Below, piece by piece: positions 28,381 through 40,700 of a stretch of DNA of 64,000 nt. The notes under the pieces were generated by a model. That model searched no databases. It saw only the letters and a program-made list of their open reading frames with translations, and had not been told where the DNA came from. Within the stretch, counting starts at the first letter, position 1. The number at the start of each line of letters is the position of its first letter. Where the stretch lies: the NCBI RefSeq assembly GCF_001194135.2, contig NC_068992.1:66544544-66608543 (forward strand), written 5' to 3'. Source of the stretch: Octopus bimaculoides (taxonomy: Eukaryota). Both the position numbers and the translations under genes were made by a program.

Positions 28381-31300
28381 CAAGTATGTGTATCCTCATT
28401 GTTTGACGTCCACCTTCCATATATACACGTGTGTATTATATATATAGATATATATATGTGTATGTGTGTGTGTGTCTGTCTTAGTGAGACAGCAAACAGA
28501 TTGAATCCTTAAAGTATTAAATAAGATGCTTTGTGACATTTATTGCAGTTCTCTGCTGAGTTCGAATCCCACTTAGGCTAACTAACTTTCATCCACTTAA
28601 CCTCTGTGTGTGTGTGTGTGTATAAAACATGACCGTTGATACTTAATTTCCCTGTCTGTTAGAAGAAGTTAGTTGTTAGCCAGAGCTTATGGCAGTGTTT
28701 TGTTGCTTTTAGTTTCTGTTCAGTCTTTCACAACAAGCAACAACCACCCAGCTCCATAGAAAAAGTGTAGAAGTGAATCAAAAGACTTTGAAGTCACCAA
28801 AATTAGATAACGTAATGTGTTTAGATGTGACACCTTTATAGATTCAAGATTATCCTAATTGTTGAAGCCTATCTTAAATAGTGAGGTCATAAAAACCGAG
28901 CTAGATCAATCATCATGGTTCAGATGTTATCTCTGAGGAGTCTTCTGGGATGTTTAGTCCACCCCCTTACTCGTCGTACTCATGGGAGTCTTTTTCACAG
29001 CAGAAGTTCTGGTGGTTAGCCACAAAAATGAGCAAAAAAAAAAAAACCAAAAAAAAAACTATTGAATATATAAAGAAGGAAGAGTGAGCATGGAGGAACC
29101 ACTCCTTTTCCAACAGAAGAGTAAGATGTATGTATGTGTGTGTGGGGGGCGACCTGTAGAAAAAGATGATTTCATTCTAGAAGGAAAAAGGTTGACTAGG
29201 TTTGAGAAAGGCAGACAGTGTGAATGTGTAAGAAGGAGAGGAAATGTTTTATAAAAGGGATGAGGGGAGACAGGAGAAAGGGAGAACTTGAAAGTATTTT
29301 CATATAGAAAGACATTGATAATTATTGAATTATAATATTGTTAATAATAATAATAATGAGAATAATAATAACTGCAACTGTTATTATCAGAGACCTTTTT
29401 AGTGGGATGGGCAACTCCACTTGAAGAAAATTCTGAGCTCCACCTGCAAGACCATGTGTTGTTTATCTTGATGTGAGGTCACCATATCACATATGGTTGT
29501 GAGGCATGTGTCTGATGTACTCTTATCAGACAGGTAGTCATGATGGGGGTATATTGGGTTTCATATATTTGTGTCCCAGTGTCACTTTGATGGCATGTGC
29601 TACTCTCTCACTCAATAATCGTATGATAATACATAGATTCTGTGTTTTAACTCATTCACCATTAATGTAACGAGTACAACAAAAAAAATGTTCTGTAGCC
29701 ATTAGAATCAGTTGATATCGGTTAATAACAGTTAGGATGAATGTAATTGTGAAGAGGTCATTAAATCAGACCCAGTGTTGTATAAAGCTGTTGCTTCTGT
29801 TTAGCCTTACATTAACTGACTGAGGATGAAAGACATAAATCTGTTCCTCACCATCCATAGATCCAGACGGGTATTTTGATGTAAAGGAGGTAAAACTGCA
29901 TTTTCTTGCACGTTGAGAGACTGCTTAATGGCTGCTCTCTCATTGGTCTCATACGAAATTAAACAGAACTAAATGACAATGTAGACAAGTCCTTTATAGT
30001 GCCGACTTGTCGTCTTGCTAATGTGGTCAGACAAGAAGAGCTGCTTGAAAGTGTGATGACTTGAGAATTGCAACAGTGAAATTGGTTAGTTTCTGCTTTT
30101 CGTGATGGAAATATAAATACTGAACATGAAAAAGATTAGGTTTATCCGTTGTTTACGCTATATATTAGTTTTAAAATTTTCTAACATAGAAATGTACAAA
30201 ATTAAATGCAATTAGCATTGTTGATTGTGCTAGGAATACAAAGAATTTGGAGTATTGAAATGTGAAAATAGCTTTAACTTTATATCATCCTGCTATTTCT
30301 TTTTATTTTTATACTAAAATACTGCAACTTTTCTAATTAAAAAATCAAACGAATGAAATTAAAAATAGTATAAAGGAAATATTTTTATTTTTGCTAATTT
30401 CAAATTCTTTTTATAGAATCCAGTCGGAGATCAGGCAGGAAACTTCGTGCTGACATGATCAGTGGACCAAAGGACGATCTTCGACACACAGGTCATATTG
30501 GTTATGATGGAGCAGTTTTTGGTGACATACCTTTCATTGGGGATGGTAAACTTCCAGTAAAAGTAGCAAGCCCAGGTTAGTACTTGGTTCTATAAAATCA
30601 GCTGCTGTTGTTTAGTAACTTTGATGTCTGGCTTCTGTGCTTAAACACTGAAGTTTAAGCACTACAGACAGTATTTTGGCTACAGTCTCTATGTAGCACT
30701 ATATCATTGTTTAACCTCAGGTCAGCTCTGATCAAGCTGACCTATAATGAAAAGCCTTCCTGCCAAGAATACTCAGTCTTTTATTTAAATATATCTAGGA
30801 CTAGGTTATCTAATGCATCTTTTTTTTTTTTTTTTGTATATATAGATGATAGATTGCAATTTAATGGTGACTTAGCTGCTATTTTATGAGCTAGTTGGAT
30901 GGCCACATAGCAGAGCTAGAACTGATCTGTTTAATGGAGTTGAATAATAATTGACTCTACAAGACTTCTAATATTGATTTCTTTCTTCACCAAAAGGTCA
31001 CATATTATTGTGTAATAATATATTTTTAGCTTGATGAATTGAAATTGTTTCACCTGGGAATCTGCATATCAACTTCTTACTCTTTGCAGTTGACAACTAA
31101 CAACCTAACATATTTCTAACTCTAAAGTCAAGCTGTTGTCTGAATATTCAGAATTGCTTAAAAAAAACAAAGATTACTTAATTACTAATGAACATTTTGA
31201 AGTGGTGTCATTGTTTAACATGTTAAATATATTTAGACTATTATTTATTTACTATTTATGTTGTCTATATCGTGTTTATCAGTTATTATTGATGTGTTGT

Positions 31301-33866
31301 TTGATATTGGCAGGTAAATTAACTGAAGAAAGTCGTGGTGCATCGATATCATTACCGAGATTTGCAAGAGAAAGTCCGGCTCATGATCGCATCATTAGGA
31401 ATAGTCAGTCTGATATATCCCTGAATCAAGATGGATCTCGACCAGGAACTAATGGCTATGGCAACACATGGTTAGTAATCCAGTCTTTGTCTTTGTTTTG
31501 GGTGCAACCAACTTTGTTACCAACGTCATTAATGAGGAAGATATTCAACTGAGATGGAAGGCAGTTTGGCTTTGTACAAGGACGGAGTACCTCTGGTGCT
31601 CTCGTGCTAATGAGACAACTATAGGGAAAGTACTTAGCTAGGGATAAAGCACTTGACCAATCTTTTGTTGATCTGAAGAAGGCATCAGTCAGGGTTCCAC
31701 ATTCTGATGATTGCTAAGAAAACTAGGAAGATATGAAGGGCTTCCAAGAGTTGGGGACGCTATGCACAGAGGTGCTGCCAGTAAGGTGACAATCTTGCTC
31801 TCTCACCCATTCAGATTTAGACTGCATACATAAAGGGACATAATGCAGTCCAGCACTCAACTATCACCTTGTCTGATAAGCATCATCATCATCGTTTAAC
31901 GTCCGCTTTCCATGCTAGCATGGGTTTGGAGTTTATTGTGAAGAAAAGAAGAGGTCTGGTGTTTCAGTATTATTTATTTAGTTGTGAATGCTCTGAACTG
32001 GTTTTGTCCAGTTCTATATTTCACTTGGTCTTATTTAATGCCTTACTGTATGGAGAGTTCTCATTTATCTCCCTTCCTAAACTAGGCCGTTAAGAAGAAA
32101 ACGTACTTAATGCTTCTTACAAGGAGCATTTAAGAATTTATTTTTTGACAATTATATAACTACTAGCTTAAGCTAGTAGTTAGCTTTTAAGCAACCGACC
32201 AAGATCTGCAAACAGATTTTGTTGTAATTGCTTCCCAATGATGATCGTTGCAAAAAATCGTGTAAAAAAAATCGCTGAAAACAATTGCAGTAATGAAAAC
32301 ATAGGAATCCAAAATTTTAGGATTGCAGGTCTGGATTCAGCTTGGAATGTTCTTAATTTACTCACTGAGTTAGCCTTTAGATTACAAGATCAGAACAGAT
32401 TGCTAATTAATGTAGCAGAGTGTCACACTGGGTTGCCGCATCCATATAGAATTTACATTATTGGTTTTGAAATCAGTACTGATTGTTTAAATCGATTTAA
32501 TAATATTTTGTATATAAATTATTTATAGCTGGAAGTGATCTTTTCAAACTAGATTGTCTAAGTATTAGCTATTCTTGCATGAAGAAATATCAAATATTGT
32601 CAATTTATAGAGGAAGGATTTGTGGTGCAAGTTGTGATACCAGATAGTTTGGAGTTTCCCTCAGTGTTGACTGTTTTCATCATCATCGTTTAACATCAAT
32701 TTTCCATGCTGGCATAGGTTTGACGGTTTGACTGGGGTTTGGGAAGCCAGGAGGCTGCACCAGGCCCCAATCTGATCTAGCAGAAATTGTGCCTGTGTTC
32801 ACCAGACTTAAAAAATGGACTATTTCCCACCAACACTGTGAACTTGATGATAAATTATTTATTTTTTTTGTTTCAGGTCTAGTCGGGATTCTCTTGAGAG
32901 TAGTTCCACCATTCGAACTGAAGGTTCTGGTGGAGGTTATCAGGATATTGATGAAGAAATGGATTTTGATTTTGGTGATTTTAAAGTTCCTGATCTAACT
33001 GTAAGTTTTGAAAATTTACCAACAAACTTGTTTTTCTTCTAATTTTTATATTTGAAACATTTATAGTGTTCATTGTAACCCTAGGTAGTAAGTTTTTGGC
33101 AAACCAACTTTGTCACTCATTAATCATAACTGATTGTGGTGACCTCAATTATTTTGCTAATGGAGTTAATTGGGTTCATTTTCATTGATAGATTCTGATC
33201 AGAAAAGATGAAGTGGGTGGCTTTAATGCTAGTAGTGTGTAGAGTAGTAAATCTCTCTTGTCATTATTTATTAACCCTGAACTACTACTACAAATATAAC
33301 TGGACCATTTCCTTGCAAAAACTAGAAAGTATCTGTGAAATAAATAATCTGTCGGCTGGGAGTGGGGAGGGGGTATAGCAAATGTAAGACTTCAGGATAT
33401 TGATGTGAAACAATGAAATAACTTCCATCAAACACAAGCTCTGCTGCTGCTACTGCTCTTACTTTACCTTAACCACTCAGCTATTTATTTCTTACTTTAA
33501 TGGAGATGTGTAACTAAATTATCAATGAGCCGTTCTGCTCAGTTCTGTTGGTGTGGTCATGGTTTAAAGACAATCAAAGAATCATTCATTCAATGTTTTA
33601 TCTGTGATAGTTATTGTGAAGATATCATCATAAGATTGGGAATTTGTACCTATGGTTTGTATTTTACAGACCCAACACTTCTTCATTGAGCAGTCAGTGG
33701 GAGTCTATACTAAAGCTTGCTCACTCTCCTATTATAATTATTATATAAGAAATAAAAGAAAAACAAGTAAAAAAACCCCATTATTCCTCTTATTATTATG
33801 CAAATAATTATCTAATTGAAAACTGTTTTGTTTGATATAGAAACAAATTGGTCAACATTAAATTTA

Positions 33867-33907
<41 letters not shown>

Positions 33908-33917
33908 NNNNNNNNNN

Positions 33918-33954
<37 letters not shown>

Positions 33955-34449
33955 CATAAACTGCATAAAATGCATGTTTTTATTCATTTATTTTTGTATG
34001 TTTTAGACTTCACTTGATTTTGGTCCTTCTCTTATGGATGAAGTTATGAAGGCTCTTGAAGATAAAAAGGATGAAGATATTACACGTAGCTTGTCAACTT
34101 CAAAAGACACTTCCCCTGTCGTTGAAGAGACAAAGGTAGCACCTGTTGAAACTACGGCTGATGAAGAGGAAGAAAGCACAACACTCTCGCCCAAAGATAC
34201 AAGTCCTCTTATTCCTCCTCATGTTCCTGTAAGTCAACTTTCTTCTAAGGAACTCCATTTCAGAAATTAGTTTCTGTTCTCTCTCTTATATCTTCAAGAA
34301 TTAACATGATGCTTTTTAAAGGTTTAGGATAGCTGCAAAATAATGGCAAACTAACCCAATTTCATAATTATGGTAAAAGCTTGTCTCGTACTGAATCTTT
34401 TTTTATATAGGAAAGGGCTGTACACACATACACTCTCTCTCTTTCTTTC

Positions 34450-34481
<32 letters not shown>

Positions 34482-37400
34482 ACACATGTGTTAAATTCTT
34501 AGATGTTAATCTGTAATGTAAATAAAGTTAAATTAGTGTGAATGAACATATTCTATGCAGGGAGGGTAAGCAACTAACTGGAAATAATTGCAGAGTGAGG
34601 AGTAATTTTAGTCAGTGATTAATTTAAACATTTTTCTGGCAACTGTAAGGGTTTTGGTCTTATTCTGAGCTCATAAGTGAACCATAACTTGTTGTAGTGA
34701 TAGAATTACTAAGTAAATGAATAAGTTTGTATGTGTTGTGTTGTGTTGTAGGAATATAGGATTATTGAGGGATTGCTCAGAGACGCCAGCTGTTTTGTAA
34801 AACAGTAAAATTTGTGTTGCAACATTAAAAAAAGGCTAATGTAGTTATTTCTTAAAATGAGCGGGATCTAATTGAATGACTTCATTATTGTACAGGTATT
34901 TCTATCTGCCCTGGAACATTTAAAGGTAAAGTTGTACACAGGTGGATTTGAGCTGTAAATATTGAGGTAGCCAAGTTAATTCTTTGATACTCCAAAATAT
35001 TGTTAGGGTAGTTGTATGGTGTTAAATGAAGGAGAAATTAATAATTTCCTTGTAGCAGACACTAATCTATTGCAGGTAGCTTTCTTTGCAGAAACCGTCT
35101 CCTGCAAGTCAACAAGCTTCAGTGTTACTATTGTTGTTATTGTAGTTAAACGATGGTACTTAATTAGTGCTAATTAGCTGCTAAAATCAGCTGTTGAGGA
35201 TTGTCTTTGTTAGAGAGATACAACTGTATTTCTAGTGGCAGACCTTTTGTGCAGTTTTCTGGTATTTTCTATTGATTTAAACATTGTGTTCTCAGTAACA
35301 AGAATATTTGTAGTGAGTCAGATATAATCTTTTGAATTGTTCCCAGTTTGTAATTAATAGTTACTTTATAAATGTTGAAGGATGGGTGGTTGAAATCCCT
35401 GGGGTTGATGTTATTGACTAGTCCCCTCTCCTGGGGTTTCAAACTTTGTCCCTATAGTAGAAAGGATTATTCTTATCATTGTTATCGAGAGGGTGTGCTG
35501 GGAGAATTGGTAACATGTCAAAATGCTTAGCAGCATTCTTCGGACTCTTTATGTTCTGAGTTCAAATCCCACTGAGGTTAACTTTCTTTCATCTTTTCAA
35601 GGTCAATAAAATACAGCATCAGTCAAATATTGGGATTGATGTAATCACCTTGCCCCTCCACCTCAAATTGATTGCCTTGTGCTAAAATTAGAATCATCAT
35701 CGTCATAATCGTGGTGGTGAGGTGGTAGAATCATTAGAACATCGGGCAACATGTTTTGGAATATTTCTTCCTCATTCTTTACAGTCTGAGTTCAGTTCCT
35801 GACGGGGGATTTTTATCCCTCTGGGATTGAATAATATCACTAATTGTCTTTCATCCTTTCAGGGTTGATAAGATAAATATACCAGTTGAGCAATGGGGGG
35901 TGGGGGATGGGGTCAATGTCATTGACTAGCTCTTCTCTCCAAAATTGCTGGTCTTGTACCAATGGTTGAAACTATTGTTGTTGTTATTGTGGTTACTACT
36001 AATAATTATGAGACCAGGTTGGAATTGTTGCTTCTCTAATAAATAATAAATAACTATGAATAAATTTAGCAACATTAACCAAAACTAGTCATGAAAATTT
36101 TCAATAACTGTGCCTGCAAATCTAACAGCCTTTAGTAATTTATATTTATTCTTATTCAAAAATCCTTTAGTTCATGTCAATATTTCATAAGATATCTAAA
36201 ATATTCCTTACTGACTAATTTATCTTTCTAAAATTTACAAATGATTTGATTAAGTAAATGATATTATCATCATTTGATGCTTGCTACCCCAATATATATA
36301 TATAGGGGTATATATACATACAGACAGCTTTAGGTAAACTGAGTATCTAAGTAAGTGATACACTGTGGAACATGAATGATGCAGAGATGAACTCACAGAG
36401 CAGCTGTTAACAATTTGGTTTTATACAACTTATTCTGTTATTTCTCATGTAAAGCGAGAGCAGCAACTGAGGCCAGAATAATTAATTCAAATAGGACAAT
36501 GGTTCCCCATCTGTACAATGCACCAGGATGCTTCAGTTTAAGTTGGCATCTTGGTGCTGTCCATAAATAGTTTAAGCAACATTCATCGTCATTTGCGATT
36601 TAACTGTAAGGGGCAACATGGACAAAATTTAAGTGAGACTAAGAATTAAGCCAAACTAAGTATATAATGGCACATACTTGGAATAGGTCATCTGAATTTC
36701 TGAGATGGCAAATTATTGTTATTACCCATTACTATATCCAGATTAGTGTCATCATATCTTGGTTGTTGAAGCTGTTGAACCTTCTGGCTATTATGATGCA
36801 CTGATAAATCTTGCTCTCTCTTCTTCACCGATTCCACCAGAAATATTATTGCATTCTTAAATATTTTGTTAAATGAATTGTTTAATGACTATGGTTAGAA
36901 ATTAATTCAAGCAAAGGGATTTGGGAACGCAGCATTGAAATATTTTGTGCTTCTCTTTTGCAGGTGAGAGTGTGCTTTAGTCATTTGTTAAACCTTTTCT
37001 GATTTTGCTATTTTGTATCACTTTGATCCTTTCGCTGAAATGCAACATTAAAGTTCCTTTTTTTCCCCCCCTTTTAATAAAGCTCATATTTTGTTATTTA
37101 ATTATATATTAGTTTGGATGTCATTCCATTGATACTATTTGATGTTAGAATGTAGTCAAAGAACTAAATGGCAATCTCCACTTGGAGAAGGTTGTCTTGT
37201 TTTCATTACATTTGGAAGAAGAAGTAACATTCATTTACATATTTAATCTACAAAAACAGTTTCTGAGATTTGGTGTTAGAAATTTCACCTTGAACATTAT
37301 TATTATTTCAGAGGTGTAACTTGCCAGGCAAGTGATTTCATCTGAGACAGTTTGTTGGAACTAAATTGATTGCAGTGTGGAACACATATATTAACCATTC

Positions 37401-37692
37401 CAAAATAAACATGCTCTTAACTTCACCTGACCATTTATTGTTTGTTTTATTATCATCATCATCATCATCATCATCATCCAGGCAGCAAGCTGGCAGAAGC
37501 GTTAGCGCGTCGGACAAAATGCTTAGCAACATTTCTTTTGGCCCTTCATGGTTCTAAGTTCAAATGTCACTGACATTGACTTTGCCTTTCATCCTTTCGG
37601 AGTTGATAAAATAAGCACCAGTTGAGCACAGAGAGCGACATAACTGGCTTGCCCCTCCCCTCAAACTTGCTGGCAATGTGCCAAAATTAGAA

Positions 37693-37731
<39 letters not shown>

Positions 37732-40700
37732 TTACTGGTTTATATTATTGCCGATAATCATTCACTGCTTGCATAGAAATGAGACTTGGAGTTCTATGTC
37801 TCAAAGTTTTGGCAAATGCTAGCTTTTTGGCTTGGACAAAGATTAACACACCTCATTAATGGGTCAATCTTTCTAATCCACATTCTTTAATCTTCATTTT
37901 CCTTCACCTAATTGTTTTTTTTTTTTTTTACCTATTAATCTTCTTAAACATCTCAATTTTACCTTTTCTTTCTTTTGGCATAATTTCTTGTAAATTTCTT
38001 TTCTCCTCAGCATGTCTTCAATATCACTTCTGACCTTACAATTCCATTTCAGTTGTCTAAAACAATAGAATAGTTTTGGATTTCTTAAAAATTAAGATGA
38101 CATAAAAAAAAAAATTGTAAAAAAGTAAAACCAGAGAATTGAAGTCTTACAATAAGGACAGTGCTTCACCATTGCCACTATGGTTGCACTAAAGAACCAA
38201 AAATTCTCTATGAACTCAATTGAAAATCACTTCTCTATTTGCAAAATCATTCCTACCAATTCCTTCACACAATTTTGCTGTGAATTGATAAGCAAATCTA
38301 GAAAAATTGATTTGTTTTAATTATTTAAATTTAATTTCTTTTATTAAAGAAAGCTTCTCTAATATTTTTCACATTTAAAAGTGGGGTAAAGATAAAAGGA
38401 AAATCAACATTTTTGAATGAGAAACCAATTGTCAATTTATATTGATGAGAATAATGGTTTGAATATCAATAGACTCTGGGTAATTATTGTGGGATTATTG
38501 TGGGCTGATAAAAACCCCAAAAGTAGTGCTAGTGTTGTGTAGTAAGCATGTGTGTGTACCTTAGTATCCTTGTGTTTTCTATTTCAGGAAACTCCCCCCC
38601 GGGAGCCTAAATCTGAAGGAAAGAAGCAAGCAAAAGTAAAACCTATGTCTGCTCATGATGAGAAAATGATTAATAATGCCATAGCTTTAGCAAATGAATT
38701 TGCGATGCAGTGCAATAAAATGAATATGGACGATGATCAACTGAGTCCAAAATCTGAAACCAGTTCAGACTCTCCAAAGCTCATCCAAAAATTGAAGATA
38801 TCAATGAAGCGGAGTCCTAAACAGGAGCGCAAAAAGACATTTACCGAAGAGATTGCACTGAAAGCCGACCTTGATGAAGATCTTCCACCAGAGTCTCAAG
38901 AAGCTTACAATATACTTGTAATGAAAGGTGCAGGGAAAGAGAGCTCTCCCTCATCTCCAGCTGTAGAATCTCTCTCACAAGAACTAACTATTAATACTGA
39001 ATTATCCCCAAACAAAGCAGAACCAGAATCCAGCTCATTTTCCTCTACTGCTACCCTTCCCACTGCTACAATTACAAGAAAAGACTCAGACATAAAGCCA
39101 CTGAGCAAGTCCCGGGCAGCTATGTCTAAAATTGAGCCACCACCTATACCCAAACCACGTCCAGAACACAGAGTAGAACCTACCCCTCGCATCGAGTCAA
39201 TTACAAAGCCAGAAATAACTAAACCGGAATTGCCTCCCAAACCAGATATTGTTCCACAGATAGACCAACCAAAAGAAGCGCCGCCTCTTCCTGAAACTCC
39301 TCCTAGGACTGATCATTTGTCAAGAAGTGAACCAAAATTTGACTACCCAAATAGAACTGACTCTTCCATCAGGTCAGAGTCTCAAAGTAAACCAGAGATT
39401 TTGCCCAAAACAGACCTACCGAAAATGGAAAGCAAAATTGAACATCCTCTGAAATCTGAGCACCCTTCCCGTATCCCCCACCCCAGCAAAATTCCCCCTC
39501 CAACTAAGATTGAGTATTCTTTTAGAAAAGAGTCTCCACCTAGATTAGAACGATCCGAATCTCAACAACGGTCAGAACCATTACCCAGAATGGATGTCCC
39601 TCCACCACCACCCCCTACTGCTATTCCTAAAGCAGAACCTGTCGTTGAGAGAGCACACAGTGTCGATAGAGAGAACGGACATCATACTTTGAGTCTTGAC
39701 TCGTTTTCCTTTAGTAAAGAGTCTTCTCCAGCATCCAGTTCTGAGAGGTCTGTTGAGGATCGAGATATGGAGACAGAATCAAGAGATAAGCTAGGTGGAG
39801 GTTATGATAGGAGATCTGATAGCCACTCAGAGAGATTTGGCATTTCATCACCTAAGATGAGTTTCGATGAAGAATTCGCAGAACCTTCACCTCGAGAAAT
39901 TATGAGTAAGCTAGCTCGAGAGAGCCGAATTCGGCGTTCAATGGATCACCAACGAGCTATGTCCACTGAGAGTATGGATCACTCTCATATCCGGAATTTA
40001 AGGGAACCACAAGGAATTCCAACTAAAGTTGTTCCAACTGCAAATGGTGAAGATGAAGAAGTTGATACAAATCCTTTACGAATGCTGCGTGGCGGTGCCA
40101 TTCCTATTCGAGGAGGGCGTGGACAAGGTATGAAACCCCCATCTCTTCCGTTGCCTAGGTTACAGTTTACTAGTCCAACTGTTGTTGTTACTTGTACTGC
40201 TACCTCTACTACTACTTCTACAACAACAATTTCTCAGCATGCAGCCATCAGTTTGTCTCGGGGCTACAAAAGTGACATCATTGATTCAATGCCTCCTCAT
40301 CTTGTACCACGACGCACGCCTGTGGTACCGCCCCGCACCTACAGCAGTTCTAGTGAAAGCATGCCTGCCCTAGATAAATGTTTCCCGCCACAGTTGCCAC
40401 CGCGTAAGCCGTTGAGGCCAGACGAGCTGCTCAACGCCAAGCCACGGGCCAGGAAGTACCCCCTATTGCGCCATAGCGACTCTTCTTACTCCAGAGTTTC
40501 CACTTCTGTATCCATCCACTCTTCTGCCTCTTGCTCTGCTGCAACCACTGTGATGACCACTACTTCCACTACCACTACCACCGCCACCGCCACCACTACC
40601 TCTCCAGCCAAACCCCGGCCCCTCTTTATTAACTGTTTGCATGATATTCCTTCTCTCCCACCAGCTCCACCACCCCCAATAGACTTTGATGAGAACGATG

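Noticed and set aside
19968-31319. Several real exons begin AG|GTAA (19970, 20634, 31314), resembling recursive sites
   Set aside because: This is explained by required Val/Gly codons at the exon starts, and skipping them would destroy the kinase.
38552-38587. GTG start of the 878-aa ORF as a stand-alone gene
   Set aside because: The first 12 codons are the intron's pyrimidine tract. The acceptor at 38587/38588 joins in frame to exon 12.
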